Positions 24,091 through 32,000 of a DNA stretch of 32,000 nt are shown piece by piece (the stretch's first letter is position 1; each line of letters opens with the position of its first letter). The position numbers and the translations under genes were made by a program. The DNA is from Candidatus Scalindua sp. (GTDB taxonomy: Bacteria; Planctomycetota; Brocadiia; Brocadiales; Scalinduaceae): contig JALDRA010000001.1 in NCBI GenBank assembly GCA_031316235.1, positions 1,530,001 to 1,562,000 of the forward strand, given 5' to 3'. The notes under the pieces are model-generated. The model did no database searches. It had not been told where the DNA came from and saw only the letters and a list, made by a program, of their open reading frames with translations.

Positions 24091-25839
24091 CTAATTGGCG
24101 GCACACTCAAGCACCCCGGTATAATCTTTCGTGCTCCATTGACTACCCAATACCTCACCCATTACACGGTACGATCCTGTTTCAAGTCCTATGTCCTGTT
24201 TTTCCAGTGTATAGATAAGTTTTTTGCCGCTTGAAACAAGGTGAACAGGTTTTATGTACTTCCAATCCCATGTATTACCATCACCGGAATAGCGGTAGAG
24301 TTCCCCGTCCATAACCATGTGCGAAGCTCTAATTTCATAGTTTCTAAACCCGCTGTAAACTTCGTCTGTATCTATGAAAATAACATAGTGATTTGAGAAC
24401 TTTGGTATTTTCCGAAAAACCATCTCCACGATCAGTTCCGAAACAGAGCCTGTTGAGGTCTGCAGTATAATATCCTGATGACCTTTGATTGATATATCAA
24501 TGTCATCTTCCATCTGACAGACAACATCGGTCAGGGAAACCTTTGTCACTCCCCTCAGGATGTTACTCGTATCCTGATTATCCCAGGTGGAATTCAATGT
24601 GGCAGCCATTGCTGAGACGAGTGTGTTGTTGCCTGTCTCTATTGACGAAGGGAATATCTCAGTGGTAATAGTGTTATTAATAATGGAACTCCTCACATCC
24701 CTGAGATATTCCCATGACCAGCTTGTCCCGCTACCGTTATATTTGTATAAACAGCCATCTTCTATCATATAGTTTGCAGAAAATTCGGTTGTTGTATAAT
24801 AGACAGGATCACCAGGCCTCAAGGTACTGATATATATCTGGTAGTGGGTGCTGTTTCCGGCAATATCCCCATCCATGGTAACGTGGTATTGTATCCCGTC
24901 ATCCCGGGTTTCCACCCTGAATTCTGTTATATCCACTGCCCGTTCTATGGTACTGTCCACTTCATCAGGAATCAGGTAAAGGTTCATCTGATCCAGCCGG
25001 GTAACAAATATATCTGTTGTTGAGGGTATGAATCCAAACCTGATCGCTCTTTCTATTGCAAATTTAAGCAGATCATTATCATTTCCCGTCCTGTAATCGA
25101 GTGTCCAGATATCTATCGGATAATTCTGCATCAGTTGATTTAAAAGAGTCCCTGTCTCATCAAGATAACTCAGTTCTGATCCAGACCATTTTTTATATTC
25201 TTTGGTATCAAAATCGTAGAAGGAGCTGAACTCCTCAAACAGCAATGCATCGATTGTGCCTGCTGTTTCATTTATGATGGAAAATCCCCGGTTCTGCACA
25301 AGATAATAATCAGGGTAGTTGAGTCTTATCTTGATCACCAGTGCTATCATTCCGCTAATGGTCTCCGGGTATAGATCAACGGTATCAAGGGTATCGAGGA
25401 AAAGACCCTTTATACCTCTCGATGATATCTCCGGTATTTGTGTCTGAAGAATATAATCGTGCCATGCGTTGCTGTTGGCATTGACATAGTAGGACTCCCA
25501 GACAGGATTCCGGTCTGGAAAATTATCACCATCCTGATCCAGATACCATGAAGCATATCCGCCGGGCCCATTCTTATCTCCTGTAATCAGAGTATCTGTC
25601 TCACCAATGGAGAGATAGGTGATCAAACGTGCGCGTACATCTGATAAATCAGCAGAGATATTATCCGGAGAAAAAAGCCTTATATCTATCACAAGGTTTT
25701 CGTAGTCGTTCCATTTATCCGAAAATTCATCACCATAGTAAAATCCAAATTTATCTCTGGCTTCTGCATCTCCGCAGCTTATGACTACCACAAAGCAGGT
25801 TATAAAAACTGAAAGTGTTACCTTACTCAATAATTGCAT
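24091..25839 (-). CDS. Secreted GH114-like / MJ1477-TM1410-family putative glycoside hydrolase with two C-terminal repeat domains
   Basis: I set the start at the ATG at 25839, which gives the signal peptide MQLLSKVTLSVFITCFVVVISCG. TIM-barrel motifs are LVIDIRLF, ITYLSIGETD, NPVWESYYVN..SNAWHDYIL, GIKGLFLDTLDTVDLY. The C-terminal units share G(C/E)LY(K/R)Y(N/S)G.G(T/N)(S/T)W.W(E/K)Y. Confidence 0.75.
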   Translation of the reverse strand: MQLLSKVTLSVFITCFVVVISCGDAEARDKFGFYYGDEFSDKWNDYENLVIDIRLFSPDNISADLSDVRARLITYLSIGETDTLITGDKNGPGGYASWYLDQDGDNFPDRNPVWESYYVNANSNAWHDYILQTQIPEISSRGIKGLFLDTLDTVDLYPETISGMIALVIKIRLNYPDYYLVQNRGFSIINETAGTIDALLFEEFSSFYDFDTKEYKKWSGSELSYLDETGTLLNQLMQNYPIDIWTLDYRTGNDNDLLKFAIERAIRFGFIPSTTDIFVTRLDQMNLYLIPDEVDSTIERAVDITEFRVETRDDGIQYHVTMDGDIAGNSTHYQIYISTLRPGDPVYYTTTEFSANYMIEDGCLYKYNGSGTSWSWEYLRDVRSSIINNTITTEIFPSSIETGNNTLVSAMAATLNSTWDNQDTSNILRGVTKVSLTDVVCQMEDDIDISIKGHQDIILQTSTGSVSELIVEMVFRKIPKFSNHYVIFIDTDEVYSGFRNYEIRASHMVMDGELYRYSGDGNTWDWKYIKPVHLVSSGKKLIYTLEKQDIGLETGSYRVMGEVLGSQWSTKDYTGVLECAAN

Positions 25840-25919
25840 AAAAAACTCTTTCCAAAAATGCCCTTCAGTTGAACAAAGGAACAGCAACGCATTCCGGATC
25901 AAACTGAAGATTTCTAAAA

Positions 25920-26059
25920 TATACTAAAACCGCTTTGGATTTAGATTTTTCTAAAAACCAAAGCCTGGTTGCTGGTATCCCCGGACAAAAAGCGCCGGGG
26001 ACTTTCCTCTCTGCGTTTTTTCCCGGATTGTATCCGGAATCCAGTATAAGATGTGTACA
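25920..26059 (+). repeat. Family-A repeat, copy A8 (140 bp, with the M2 module)
   Basis: TA|TACTAAAACCGCTTTGGATTTAGATTTTTCTAAAAACCAAAGCCTGGTTGCTGGTATCCCCGGACAAAAAGCGCCGGGGACTTTCC...CCCGGATTGTATCCGGAATCCAGTATAAGATGTGTA|CA. Confidence 0.85.
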
Positions 26060-26736
26060 ATAAAATTACATCCCTTCTTTTTATGAGACTAAATATTTGA
26101 TACTGTACGGTTCCTGGGTGTACCTTTATCGCAGGAGATACATATGGTAAGAGTACAAATACCGCTCTCATGCCGGAAAAGATAATGCATTAACACGCAA
26201 CACAAGTACCATCACAAACAAATCACAAATAATTGTTATACTTTACAGAAATTGTTGCACTTGTGATTATTTCCTGGTTGAGGCAGCTGTTTCTCTCAAT
26301 TTGAAGTATTGCCTATTTACTGTACGAGTACAAACCCTGTCTTTCAATGGAAATTGATCAGATATCATGCACACAAAAAGTTCGTAACCTGGACATTCTC
26401 AAACATTTGAGATCACTGAATCATTACAGCCGTCCTGTCAATTACTCGTTTTGTTCAACCACCAGATAACAGAGCTCCGGGATAGGAAATAAACCCTTTC
26501 AAGCTTGCATTTCCGGAAAATTATCAATATAATCTACTCCGTATTTACCCCCCCACCTCACCTTCCATTGAACTTTAATATGAAAATTTCCAAAAAGGGT
26601 ATAATACAATTTGTGTAGTGCTGGTTTTACAATTTCCTCTCCGCATCAACAATACAGCAGATGGATAGTTTCCGTGTAGCAGCAGATTAAATTTTACCCC
26701 TCTTCCACAAAGACAACATTATAGCGCAGGCAGGAG

Positions 26737-27627
26737 ATGAACAGGCAAATTCGTATTTTATTTGTTGAGGATTCGCAGAATGATCTAGAATCGATGCTGG
26801 AAGAACTCCGGAATGGAAACTATGAACCGGTCTATGAGACGGTAAATACACCGGATGCTTTAATTGCAGCACTTGACAGTCAGCACTGGGACTTGATCAT
26901 ACTAGACTATTCCATGCAGAATGTAAAAGGAGTTGACGTTTTGAATCTTATACAGGAAAGGCAACTCAACCTGCCCTGCATTTTTGTATCAGACGTTAAA
27001 GGGGAAGATTTTGCGGTAGAGGCAATGAAAGCCGGCGCTGCTGACTATATCATGAAATACAACCTGAAAAAAATGGTGCCTTCTGTTGAACTTGCACTAC
27101 AGAAAGCGGATGAGCAGGTTAGAAAAAAGTCAGAGTCAGTGGAATTGAAAAAGAAGATTCTTGAGCATAAACAGACCGAAAAGACTTTACGCAAGAACGA
27201 AAAAAGGCTTCGGGGAATACTTGCCTCGCTTCATGAAACTGCCATTGCAGCCTATGACAGGAAAGGCTATATTGTTTCATTATGGGGTTCCCCAGCGCTG
27301 GATAAACGCTATGGTCTTCGTGCCGCTGACGTGGTTGGGAAGAAGCTTGTCGATCTTCTTCCGCCGGATCAGGCTGAGAAAAGACTTGCAGAACACAAAG
27401 AGGTCTTTGATACCGGCGAGGGCATGCCTGAAGATGCCAGGATGAATATATTTGACCCATTTTTTACTACAAAGCTGCCGAAGGGAACCGGATTAGGCAT
27501 GAGCGTGAGCTACAGTATCATCAGAAGACATGACGGCACGATAGAAGTTGAAAGCGAAACAGGCAGAGGAACCACAATTACCATACAATTACCGGTAAGC
27601 AAGGATCAAAGCCGAAGAGGTGAATAA
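26737..27627 (+). CDS. Response-regulator receiver domain fused to a partial PAS domain and only the C-terminal part of an HATPase_c domain (probable internally deleted hybrid kinase)
   Basis: The REC domain is RILFVEDSQND...DLIILDYSMQ...AGAADYIMK. A coiled coil follows, then the PAS start LRGILASLHETAIAAYDRKGYIV. The sequence DTGEGMPEDARMNIFDPFFTTKLPKGTGLGMSV.... contains G1-F-G2 boxes. No H-box or N-box is present. Confidence 0.75.
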   Translation: MNRQIRILFVEDSQNDLESMLEELRNGNYEPVYETVNTPDALIAALDSQHWDLIILDYSMQNVKGVDVLNLIQERQLNLPCIFVSDVKGEDFAVEAMKAGAADYIMKYNLKKMVPSVELALQKADEQVRKKSESVELKKKILEHKQTEKTLRKNEKRLRGILASLHETAIAAYDRKGYIVSLWGSPALDKRYGLRAADVVGKKLVDLLPPDQAEKRLAEHKEVFDTGEGMPEDARMNIFDPFFTTKLPKGTGLGMSVSYSIIRRHDGTIEVESETGRGTTITIQLPVSKDQSRRGE

Positions 27628-27704
27628 TGTTTCCCCCTACCCGGGTAGTTGTAATTTCCATCTCTGTTGTTAAAATATTCTTGAATTTCATCAGTTAATG
27701 TTCT

Positions 27705-27889
27705 ATTCTCACTCAGTAACGTCCGGTTAGGTTTTTGCGTATTTAATTTATTGCCCGAAAACTGTCATTCACGCATGTTTTAAGCGGGAATCTATGATAA
27801 AACGAGTCTCTGGATACCCGATAAAGGCGTTCGGGTATGACGAAAGCCGCCTAAGCAAAAACCTAACCGGACAATGATGATTCTCACTC
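27705..27889. repeat. MITE-like element: perfect 18-bp terminal inverted repeats with a flanking 10-bp direct repeat
   Basis: GTCCGGTTAGGTTTTTGC (27721-27738) pairs with GCAAAAACCTAACCGGAC (27855-27872). ATTCTCACTC occurs at 27705-27714 and 27880-27889. There is an internal 8-bp hairpin ATACCCGA/TCGGGTAT. Confidence 0.6.
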
Positions 27890-27935
27890 TGCTTATTCGC
27901 AACAATTTCGTATCACCGATCATCTTCTCTTCTCC

Positions 27936-28676
27936 ATGGATAAAGAAGTGCTGGTCAGACAAATTGAGGCCTTACCTTACTGGTACCATAAGATAGAACT
28001 TGTTGATGGTATTGTTACACCGGGTTGGGCCCCTGTCAACAAGGACGCTTACAAAATACCCGCTGATCTTAGCGGAAAGAGGGTATTGGATATTGGTGCG
28101 TGGGACGGGTTCTGGACATTTGAGGCACTCAAGAGAGGTGCAAGAGAGGTGGTAGCTATTGATGATTTTTCTGATTTTTTGGGCACATTACACAAAGGTG
28201 ATCGACGTGCCTGGGCCACCTTTGATTTATGCCGTTCTATTTTGCGATATACCGAAGATTGTTGTAAAAGAACCGAAATGTCAGTTTATGATATTTCCGA
28301 AAAAAAACTGGGAAGATTTGATGTTGTCTTTTTCTTTGGGACGATTTATCATCTGCGTTATCCCCTTTTGGCATTGGACCTGATCTCTTCTCTGTGTGAC
28401 GAGGATATTTTTGTTGAATCCGCAATTCTGGATGATTACAGTGCGTTTCAAGGAGGATTAGAACGCGGGTACCCGGGCAAACAGATGGTTATGGAGTTTT
28501 ACCCTGGAAACCAATACGGAGGAAATGAGAGTAATTGGTGGAGCCCGACACTCTACTGCCTTACGAATATGGTATATTCTGCCGGATTTAACAAAGATAT
28601 CGAGGCCTGGAAATTAGTGGAGAAACCTGAAACACTGCCGTCCTGCAGGGGTTTCATTCACGGATCGAAAAGGTAG
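27936..28676 (+). CDS. Class I SAM-dependent methyltransferase (WYH-motif, DUF1698/CmoB-like)
   Basis: LPYWYHKIELVDGIVTPGW, then SAM motif I RVLDIGAWDGFWTFEALKRGAREVVAID, and later FDVVFFFGTIYHLRYP. Confidence 0.8.
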   Translation: MDKEVLVRQIEALPYWYHKIELVDGIVTPGWAPVNKDAYKIPADLSGKRVLDIGAWDGFWTFEALKRGAREVVAIDDFSDFLGTLHKGDRRAWATFDLCRSILRYTEDCCKRTEMSVYDISEKKLGRFDVVFFFGTIYHLRYPLLALDLISSLCDEDIFVESAILDDYSAFQGGLERGYPGKQMVMEFYPGNQYGGNESNWWSPTLYCLTNMVYSAGFNKDIEAWKLVEKPETLPSCRGFIHGSKR

Positions 28677-28737
28677 GCCTTCCGGCATCTGCAACCTTCT
28701 CCTTCCAATAAAACCCTCCTCAAGCGAGAACGTTGAG

Positions 28738-28950
28738 GGGCCCAGGAAAAAATACCTTGGTGGTCTCACGCACTCAGGCTGGTTTGGACGGGGGACTGGC
28801 ACCAGTCGATATCATTGAATTTTCAGGCCATCTCGTCCACTCTTCACCCGCTCAATTCTCCGACTACACCCCTGGCAAAACCTCATCATATCGAACAGAC
28901 CCGACCTCACACTAAACGTCACAAATTACCAAGGATTTTTTCCTGGGCCC
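28738..28950. other. Long-range inverted repeat (23 nt vs 22 nt, one bulge) enclosing 168 nt of relatively GC-rich non-coding sequence: candidate structured RNA or MITE
   Basis: GGGCCCAGGAAAAAATACCTTGG (28738-28760) pairs with CCAAGGATTTTTTCCTGGGCCC (28929-28950). It lies between convergent genes. No ORF here has coding features. Confidence 0.35.
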
Positions 28951-29009
28951 AAAGCTCATCCCGCCGGGAAAAGCTGAACGCCTTCCAAGCGGGTGGGTAA
29001 GAAAATGAA

Positions 29010-30182
29010 TTATTTAAGCCCTGCCTCTTTTCTCAAAATCGCTGCCTTGTCGGTCTTCTCCCAGGTGAAGGAGCTTCCTGTCCTTCCAAAATGACCGTCC
29101 CAGGCAGTTACCTTGTATATTGGCCTTCTCAGATCTAAATGATTGATTATGCCGGCAGGAGTAAGGTCGAAGTGCTTTTCAACCAATTTTTCAATCTTTT
29201 CTTCAGGAATCTTCGCTGTACCTTCGGTTGAGACCAATACGGAAACAGGCTTTGCAATACCAATAGCATACGAAAGCTGCACTTCACATCTATCTGCAAG
29301 CTTGGCAGCCACAATATTTTTGGCAACATAACGAGCTGCATAACAGGCGCTGCGGTCAACCTTTGAAGGATCTTTTCCCGAAAATGCACCACCACCATGC
29401 CGTGCCCTGCCTCCGTAGGTGTCTACAATGATCTTTCTCCCCGTTAATCCGCAATCTCCCTGTGGCCCGCCTATGACAAAACGACCGGTAGGATTGATAA
29501 AAAATTTCGTTTTCTTATCTAAGTACTTCGCAGGAATAACCTTCTTGATGATCTTGTCGATAACATCTTTTTTCAATTTGCTATGGGTTATATCCGGGGT
29601 ATGCTGCGTAGAGATAACGACCGTATCCACCCTTACCGGTTTATGGTCTTCATACTCGACCGTTACCTGAGATTTGCCATCAGGGCGGAGATAGGGGAGA
29701 ACATTCTTTTGCCTCAATTCTGTAAGTTTTCCTATCAGCTTGTGGGCCATACAGATTGGAAGCGGCATCAACTCCTTTGTTTCATTACAGGCAAAACCAA
29801 ACATCAATCCCTGGTCACCTGCTCCCTGTTCTTTAAACAGCCCCTCACCCTCACTGACCCCTCGTGAAATATCCGGAGATTGCCTGCCAAGCGTATTAAT
29901 AACCGCACATGATTTGTAGTCAAAGCCCATTGCTGAATCGTCATAGCCAATCCTCTTAATCGTATCCCTGACAATATCCTGAACAGAAATAACTGCCTTT
30001 GTGGTTACTTCTCCCGCCACAAGGACCATACCCGTTGTTACCAGGGTCTCACACGCGACTCGTGAAAGCGGATCCTGTTCAAGGAAAGCATCTAATATTG
30101 AGTCAGAAATTTGATCAGCTATTTTATCAGGATGCCCCATAGACACCGATTCAGAAGTAAATAAATATCTTCCTGCTTTCAT
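29010..30182 (-). CDS. metK: S-adenosylmethionine synthetase
   Basis: [54 protein letters not shown]. The 390-aa size fits. The match is unambiguous. Confidence 0.97.
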   Translation of the reverse strand: MKAGRYLFTSESVSMGHPDKIADQISDSILDAFLEQDPLSRVACETLVTTGMVLVAGEVTTKAVISVQDIVRDTIKRIGYDDSAMGFDYKSCAVINTLGRQSPDISRGVSEGEGLFKEQGAGDQGLMFGFACNETKELMPLPICMAHKLIGKLTELRQKNVLPYLRPDGKSQVTVEYEDHKPVRVDTVVISTQHTPDITHSKLKKDVIDKIIKKVIPAKYLDKKTKFFINPTGRFVIGGPQGDCGLTGRKIIVDTYGGRARHGGGAFSGKDPSKVDRSACYAARYVAKNIVAAKLADRCEVQLSYAIGIAKPVSVLVSTEGTAKIPEEKIEKLVEKHFDLTPAGIINHLDLRRPIYKVTAWDGHFGRTGSSFTWEKTDKAAILRKEAGLK

Positions 30183-30221
30183 ACACCCTCCCTCTCTTGA
30201 TTTAAAATTTTCATTTAGTTT

Positions 30222-32000
30222 CTATTTACCGCAACACTGTTTAAATTTCTTTCCGCTCCCACAGGGACAAGGCTGATTTCTCCCTACTTTTGCACCAATA
30301 CGGATAGGTTCAAGTTTCTGCTCTTCCTGCTGGCTGCGTCCTGACGATGAAACCTTCTCTTTTTTTGCAGCCGGAGCTTCTGGTACTGAATTCTCTGAGT
30401 CCTGGTACACAAAGTTATCAGGATGCCATACATCTTTATAGCGGTCTATTGTTTCAGGCTTGATTCGGATCTTGAATATCAGATCAGTAACCTCTTCCCG
30501 AATAGAGGTCGACATACTCTCGAACATTATCAATGCTTCCCGTTTATACTCTATCTTCGGATCTACCTGGGCATACCCCCTTAACCCTATTCCCGATTTC
30601 AGGTGATCCATGGCATATAAATGATCTTTCCATTTGGTGTCAATTTTATCGAGCATGAGAATCTGTTCAATTTTCCGTAACGATTCTTCGCCTATCTCCT
30701 TCTCTTTTTCTTGATAAGTCTGAAAAGCCTTATCAATTAACACCTTCTCAATATCTTCCCTCGTCTCTTCCTCCACGCTTTTCTTGTTGTCCAGCACTAT
30801 CCCCAGTTTCTGTTCATACCATTTGAACAGGCTCTCCAATTCCCACTCGCTGTTGTGCAATTTTGGATTTAAATAGTAATCAACTGAATCCTGTATACTC
30901 TCCTCGATCATCTGGAGCATATCTTCTCTGAGACCTTCCTGTCTTAAAATCTTCTGCCGTCGCGTATAGATAGTCTTTCTCTGTTCATCCATAACTTCAT
31001 CATACTCAAGCAAATTCTTACGTATTTCGAAATTGTGCTCTTCAACCTTCTTCTGTGCCCTCTCTATTGATTTGTTTATCATGGTATGCTCAATTGCCAT
31101 GCCATCGACCATACCAAATTTTTTCAAAATTGCTCCCACTCTTTCCGGTGCAAAGATACGCATCAAATCGTCTTCGATTGAAACATAAAACCGTGATGAA
31201 CCGGGATCCCCCTGACGGGCTGCACGGCCACGTAGCTGATTATCGATACGTCTCGATTCATGTCTTTCTGTTCCAATTATGTGAAGGCCTCCCTCTTCAG
31301 CAATACCATCGCCGAGAACAATATCTGTCCCCCTCCCGGCCATGTTCGTAGCAATCGTAACATTTCCTCTCTGCCCTGCCTTTGAGACTATGGCAGCTTC
31401 CCGTTCGTGATGTTTGGCATTAAGCACCTCATGTTCAATCCCGCATCTCCTGAGCATGGTACTGAGCAGCTCAGATTTCTCTATCGAAATGGTTCCAACC
31501 AATATAGGCCTGCCTGTTTTATGAACCTCTACTATTTCCTCTACGATCGCATTATGTTTTTCTTTCGGGGTACAATACACCTTATCAGGATAGTTATGGC
31601 GCCTCAAAGGTTTATTTGTTGGGATAACAACGACCTCCAGACCATAGATCTTGTCAAATTCTGTTGCCTCGGTAAAGGCTGTTCCCGTCATACCTGAAAG
31701 TTTTTTATAAAGTCTGAAATAGTTCTGAAGCGTGATTGTTGCTAATGTCTGGTTCTCCTCCTTTATTTTCAGGCGCTCCTTTGCCTGCACAGCCTGATGA
31801 AGGCCATCACTCCACACTCTGCCTTCCATTAATCTCCCGGTAAATTCATCAACGATGATGACGTCTCTCCCCCTCACGATATAGTCGGTATCAATACTAT
31901 ATAACGAATGTGCTCGCAGGCTCTGTTCTATATAATGGGGCCAATCCATGTTGATATCTTCATAGATGCTGTCAACACCAAGCTGGTTTTCGACAAAGTT
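30222..32000 (-). CDS. secA: Preprotein translocase ATPase SecA, C-terminal ~590 aa; 5' end outside window
   Basis: The frame stays open to the window edge (...NFVENQLGVDSIYEDINMDWPHY...). Motifs are TGMTGTA, TNMAGRGTDI, RIDNQLRGRAARQGDPGSS, and the C-terminal SEC-C zinc motif CPCGSGKKFKQCCG. Confidence 0.95.
   Translation of the reverse strand, partial: NFVENQLGVDSIYEDINMDWPHYIEQSLRAHSLYSIDTDYIVRGRDVIIVDEFTGRLMEGRVWSDGLHQAVQAKERLKIKEENQTLATITLQNYFRLYKKLSGMTGTAFTEATEFDKIYGLEVVVIPTNKPLRRHNYPDKVYCTPKEKHNAIVEEIVEVHKTGRPILVGTISIEKSELLSTMLRRCGIEHEVLNAKHHEREAAIVSKAGQRGNVTIATNMAGRGTDIVLGDGIAEEGGLHIIGTERHESRRIDNQLRGRAARQGDPGSSRFYVSIEDDLMRIFAPERVGAILKKFGMVDGMAIEHTMINKSIERAQKKVEEHNFEIRKNLLEYDEVMDEQRKTIYTRRQKILRQEGLREDMLQMIEESIQDSVDYYLNPKLHNSEWELESLFKWYEQKLGIVLDNKKSVEEETREDIEKVLIDKAFQTYQEKEKEIGEESLRKIEQILMLDKIDTKWKDHLYAMDHLKSGIGLRGYAQVDPKIEYKREALIMFESMSTSIREEVTDLIFKIRIKPETIDRYKDVWHPDNFVYQDSENSVPEAPAAKKEKVSSSGRSQQEEQKLEPIRIGAKVGRNQPCPCGSGKKFKQCCGK

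Noticed and set aside
4016-26059. Whether the recurring ~110-190 bp repeats could be a CRISPR array or degenerate array.
   Set aside because: Copies are kilobases apart, in both orientations, of variable length and separated by genes. There is no regular repeat-spacer periodicity and there are no cas genes.
26600-26605. A perfect TATAAT hexamer in the 565-bp gap upstream of the REC-domain gene, considered as a promoter -10 element.
   Set aside because: There is no acceptable -35 hexamer at 16-19 bp spacing and no TG extension. It lies 130 nt from the start codon. A lone TATAAT in AT-rich DNA is not informative.
28677-29009. RNase P RNA, tmRNA or SRP RNA in the GC-richer convergent intergenic region.
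   Set aside because: I could not find the universally conserved strings: GAAAGUCCGG / ACAGAA for RNase P, a tRNA-like acceptor/T-arm and tag ORF for tmRNA, or the GGAA/AGCA helix-8 motif for SRP. It is kept only as an unclassified structured-RNA or MITE candidate.
30183-30221. A SAM riboswitch upstream of metK.
   Set aside because: Only 39 nt separate the metK start (30182) from the secA stop (30222). That is too short for a SAM-I or SAM-II aptamer, and no conserved riboswitch strings are visible.

Overview
This is a 32-kb bacterial chromosomal window, moderately AT-rich, in which housekeeping and anaerobic-metabolism genes alternate with accessory or decaying patches.

Left end (1-4 kb):
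- The 3' part of a type I restriction R subunit (hsdR).
- A RAYT-like HUH/Y1 transposase bracketed by inverted REP-like hairpins.
- A VapBC toxin-antitoxin pair.
- An orphan 140-aa Cys/His protein.

Middle (4-13.5 kb):
- A secreted Cys/His-rich repeat protein.
- A minus-strand cluster: MTHFR_C-domain Fe-S protein, flavodiiron protein, and 2-oxoacid:ferredoxin oxidoreductase (gamma-delta fusion, alpha, beta).
- An MBL-fold hydrolase, a PPi-type phosphofructokinase and YjbQ.

Decay zone and candidate system (13.5-20.8 kb):
- Relics include an AAA-ATPase fragment and a nadE remnant with a large deletion and frameshifts.
- This zone holds the most interesting locus (15339-19692). It is a translationally coupled pair: a 292-aa PD-(D/E)xK-like protein followed by a 1160-aa Ski2/Hel308-like SF2 helicase.
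- The architecture matches Hachiman (HamA/HamB). The helicase carries a ~330-aa N-terminal extension, a ~370-aa C-terminal region and an in-frame 38-bp direct repeat.
- I regard it as a candidate anti-phage nuclease-helicase system. Family membership cannot be settled without profile searches.

Right part (20.8-32 kb):
- A TPR/GT41 glycosyltransferase, a hemerythrin and a secreted GH114-like hydrolase.
- An internally deleted REC-PAS-HATPase protein and a methyltransferase.
- metK and secA (5' end outside the window).

Repeats superimposed on the genes:
- Eight copies plus one hairpin fragment of a modular 112-186 bp TA-flanked intergenic repeat (MITE-like, family A).
- A second hairpin repeat family (B, two copies). 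One copy is interrupted by a family-A element, which gives a filled-versus-empty site comparison.
- An element with perfect 18-bp terminal inverted repeats.
- A 22/23-nt long-range inverted repeat that could mark a structured RNA.

I saw no rRNA, tRNA or CRISPR array. All protein calls rest on motif recognition by eye; no database search was run.
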